Source: an uncultured bacterium (GTDB lineage: Bacteria; Patescibacteriota; Minisyncoccia; Phycocordibacterales; CAIRYW01). Taken from it: 64,000 bases of DNA. The notes beneath the pieces are model-generated. The model was not told where the DNA came from. It saw nothing but the letters and a program-made list of their open reading frames with translations, and searched no databases. Position numbers and translations under genes: made by a program. Below, piece after piece: positions 61,564 to 64,000 of the stretch (positions within the stretch are counted from its first letter, which is position 1; every line of letters begins with the position of its first letter). The stretch is taken from the NCBI GenBank assembly GCA_963766885.1, contig CAVYBO010000002.1, positions 365,521 to 429,520 on the forward strand, read 5' to 3'.

Positions 61564-62076
61564 TTACGCTATCTTTTTCAAATATTTTGGAAACACTTTA
61601 TAAAAATTCTCTGTTTCTGGGAGCATCCATTTAAAACAGTCTTGCCATTGTTCTTCATTATTTTGGAGAGGTTTCTTTTGAATAGTTAGAGTGGCTCTGC
61701 TTACCCACATACTTGGGATGTTTCTCCACTTTAATTTCTTTCCCAAATCTTTTTCAATATCTGCTCTGTGTTTTTTTAGTTTAAAGTAAAACTTTGGGTT
61801 CTCTGGAATAGACAGTTCTATTTCGCATATTCCTTTTCGCAGAAAGACTTTAGAAGCTATATGTGCTTCTTTTTTATTAAGCTTGATATTCATGAAGTGA
61901 TAGGGTTGGCTTTTTGGCAGTTTTAGCTTTGTTTTGTTTAACTTTGCGTATTTCTTGAAATCAGTCCAAAACTTAAGTTGTTTCTTTTTGTGTATTTCTC
62001 TTTCTTCTTTTGTGAATATCCTCCTTGCCATATATGGAGATATCTTAACATAGCGGTTTTGTGGAGTTATAAACAT
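61564..62076 (-). CDS. hypothetical protein (DUF4268-like?)
   Basis: It is 170 aa and K-rich. It has weak resemblance to proteins encoded near restriction-modification systems. Confidence 0.3.
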   Translation of the reverse strand: MFITPQNRYVKISPYMARRIFTKEEREIHKKKQLKFWTDFKKYAKLNKTKLKLPKSQPYHFMNIKLNKKEAHIASKVFLRKGICEIELSIPENPKFYFKLKKHRADIEKDLGKKLKWRNIPSMWVSRATLTIQKKPLQNNEEQWQDCFKWMLPETENFYKVFPKYLKKIA

Positions 62077-62125
62077 CTATTCTAACCAGAGATGCTAAAA
62101 GATTAATGATATAATTTAGACATCA

Positions 62126-63394
62126 ATGGTTGTTCAAATAAAGAAAAAAAGAGATAAATATCTAAGAAAAGATGACTTCTCTTGGGATTATCGTGGTGAG
62201 AAAACAAAATCATATACTCACGGAATTCATACCTACCCAGCTATGTTTATCCCTCAAGTTGCTAGGAGACTTTTAGAAAAATATAGTAAAGAAGGTGATA
62301 CTATCTGTGATATTTTTTGTGGTTCTGGAACTGCATTAGTTGAAAGTAAACTCTTAGGAAGAAATGCTTATGGCATTGATCTTAATCCTCTAGCAATTTT
62401 TTTAGCAAAAGCAAAAACAACACCAATCAATCCAATTGTCCTGAATCACACATATGCAAAATTATTAAAAAATATTTCAGAAATTGAGGAAAGTAATTTG
62501 ATAAAGCCAGATTTTAAAAACATAGATTTTTGGTTTAAAGAAAAAGTCATTACTCAATTATCAAAAATCAATAAAGCGATAGGACAGATTCACGATGAAA
62601 GTGTTCGTAACTTTATTACAGTTGGGTTTAGTGAAACTGTCAGACACTCATCAAACACTAAAACTCATGAGTTCAAGTTAGTAAGAAACAAAGGAGAGAA
62701 GTTAGAAAATCATGATCCTGATGTTCTGGGTATTTTCAAAAAGTTTACAGAAAGAAATATTGCGGGCATGACAGAATTTTATAGGGACACTAGCTCTAGT
62801 TGGATAAAAGCAATTTATGGGGACTCTTCTAAAGATAATGATATAAAATCTTCTTCTATTGATCTGATCATAACTTCTCCACCATATGGTGATAGCAGAA
62901 CAACTGTGGCATATGGACAATTCTCGAGACTATCATCACAATGGATTAACATATTTGAAAATCCAAATGACGCTTCTGGTGTAGATAACAAGTTACTTGG
63001 TGGTAAAGCGACAAAAACATTAATTCATTCTCTAGCCTCTAAGAAGTTAGCTGAGTCACTTGAAAAAATTGCGTCTCAAGATGAGACTCGGGCAAGAGAT
63101 GTTTTAAGTTTTAATATCGGCTTAAATGATTGCTTAAAACAAGCCCACAGAATTCTAAAACCAAAAAAGTATTTCTGTCTTGTTATAGGTAATAGACAAG
63201 TAAAACAAGTAAGAATCCCGACAGATTTCATTATTGTAGAATTAGCTCAAGCTATCGGCTTCTCGTGTGAAGAAATAATCGTGAGAAATATCCCCGGAAA
63301 AAGAATGCCTATGAAGAATTCTCCAACAAATAAGATTGGTGCACTTGAAGAGACAATGAACAAAGAAAGTATAGTGGTGCTGAAGAAAATCTAA
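62126..63394 (+). CDS. type II DNA methyltransferase (N6-adenine or N4-cytosine, alpha-class order)
   Basis: It has motif I (DIFCGSGTALVE) and motif IV (IITSPPYGD). Confidence 0.8.
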   Translation: MVVQIKKKRDKYLRKDDFSWDYRGEKTKSYTHGIHTYPAMFIPQVARRLLEKYSKEGDTICDIFCGSGTALVESKLLGRNAYGIDLNPLAIFLAKAKTTPINPIVLNHTYAKLLKNISEIEESNLIKPDFKNIDFWFKEKVITQLSKINKAIGQIHDESVRNFITVGFSETVRHSSNTKTHEFKLVRNKGEKLENHDPDVLGIFKKFTERNIAGMTEFYRDTSSSWIKAIYGDSSKDNDIKSSSIDLIITSPPYGDSRTTVAYGQFSRLSSQWINIFENPNDASGVDNKLLGGKATKTLIHSLASKKLAESLEKIASQDETRARDVLSFNIGLNDCLKQAHRILKPKKYFCLVIGNRQVKQVRIPTDFIIVELAQAIGFSCEEIIVRNIPGKRMPMKNSPTNKIGALEETMNKESIVVLKKI

Positions 63395-64000
63395 ATAATT
63401 TGACTATATTCATCAAATATATGAAGAAAGTCTCTTTTGCTAATTCTAAAACCCGTACCATGATCATGGTATTTTCCTTTATTCTTCCCGCTTCTGTATA
63501 CTCCAATTCTAATATCAATTTTTAGTTTATCTTCTTCAATAGCTTTCTTAAACTTTTTTATATTCAAACCTGACAGAAGAAATGCTTCGGTATAATGGAA
63601 TTCTTCATTCACCGATTTTTTCTCTCCCCTAGTTTCAGCAAAGACAAGTAGTATTTTATCCGATTTAGTTTTTAGAATGTCATTAAAAATACTTACTGGC
63701 CAACATGCTTCGATTTTATGATTATTTTCTAATATTAATTTATCATCAGTAAATTTAATTCTAAGGCCTTGATTATTCGTACGAGAACCGTACATAGTAG
63801 AGTGTAAATTATATTCACCATGAATATCTAAATATTTGTTTTTCTCAAAAAGTACCTTATTCACACCACGGGGCACAGGAGATTTTGTTGCTATGGTAAG
63901 CATACTATCGGATCCGATTCTTTTTGATTTTAACTCAATTTCACCAACATCAGGTACTTGAAGATTATTTTCCGGTATACCTAAGAGATCTTCGAGTGTT
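63391..64000 (-). CDS. type II restriction endonuclease, partial (continues beyond the window end)
   Basis: It is convergent with the methyltransferase and overlaps its 3' end by 4 nt. The upstream in-frame extension contains PDVGEIELK (PD...ExK). Confidence 0.5.
   Translation of the reverse strand, partial: TLEDLLGIPENNLQVPDVGEIELKSKRIGSDSMLTIATKSPVPRGVNKVLFEKNKYLDIHGEYNLHSTMYGSRTNNQGLRIKFTDDKLILENNHKIEACWPVSIFNDILKTKSDKILLVFAETRGEKKSVNEEFHYTEAFLLSGLNIKKFKKAIEEDKLKIDIRIGVYRSGKNKGKYHDHGTGFRISKRDFLHIFDEYSQII

Overview
This is an AT-rich, gene-dense bacterial window. By eye the genome is roughly one-third GC, and genes are short with overlapping stop/start codons. Gene content and style look like a small-genome Patescibacteria/CPR-type organism; this is an inference from the many type IV pilin paralogs with a competence gene (comF), a tRNA-Ile with a UAU anticodon, and compact operons.

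Core content:
- Partial aroB, a NUDIX hydrolase, homoserine dehydrogenase, class I ribonucleotide reductase nrdB/nrdA, and a two-component sensor kinase/receiver pair.
- gatC and gatA, NAD-dependent DNA ligase ligA, recG, ftsH, smpB with an adjacent tmRNA (ssrA), and an ECF-type sigma factor with a putative membrane anti-sigma.
- Five tRNAs: Asp-GTC, Met-CAT, Ser-GCT, a second class II tRNA with an odd anticodon loop, and Ile-TAT.
- A ~16 kb type IV pilus locus (pilM, pilN, pilO, pilB, a receiver protein, pilT, pilC, at least four major-pilin paralogs, four minor pilins, prepilin peptidase pilD, and two large GT-C-like membrane proteins), adjacent to comF.

Accessory regions:
- 7.6–15.2 kb: 74-nt intergenic repeats at regular spacing, a Panacea-domain antitoxin-like pair, a NYN-domain protein, paralogous secreted Ser/Thr-rich proteins with swapped C-termini, and a CYTH / P-loop kinase / GrpB trio flanked by ~125-nt direct repeats.
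- tRNA 3'-end duplications next to tRNA-Asp and tRNA-Ile.
- 52.9–53.7 kb: a small GC-rich cassette with a near-consensus promoter, enterobacterial-style codon usage and an intrinsic terminator.
- 56.6–60.4 kb, immediately 3' of ssrA: ~800 nt of structured non-coding DNA, a small ORF with a strong Shine-Dalgarno, an XRE-family HTH protein translationally coupled to a compact reverse transcriptase (YVDD motif), a decayed IS3-family element, and a NUDIX protein. This retron-like HTH–RT module is the most interesting candidate system in the window.
- 60.6–64.0 kb: a defense cluster with a PD-(D/E)xK-like protein, a superinfection-immunity (Imm-like) peptide, a DNA methyltransferase and a convergent restriction endonuclease.

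Three conserved genes (gatA, pilC, pilB) carry single-nucleotide frameshifts; for gatA and pilB the frameshift falls in a homopolymer run and the pilC frameshift does not. No rRNA genes or CRISPR arrays were found.
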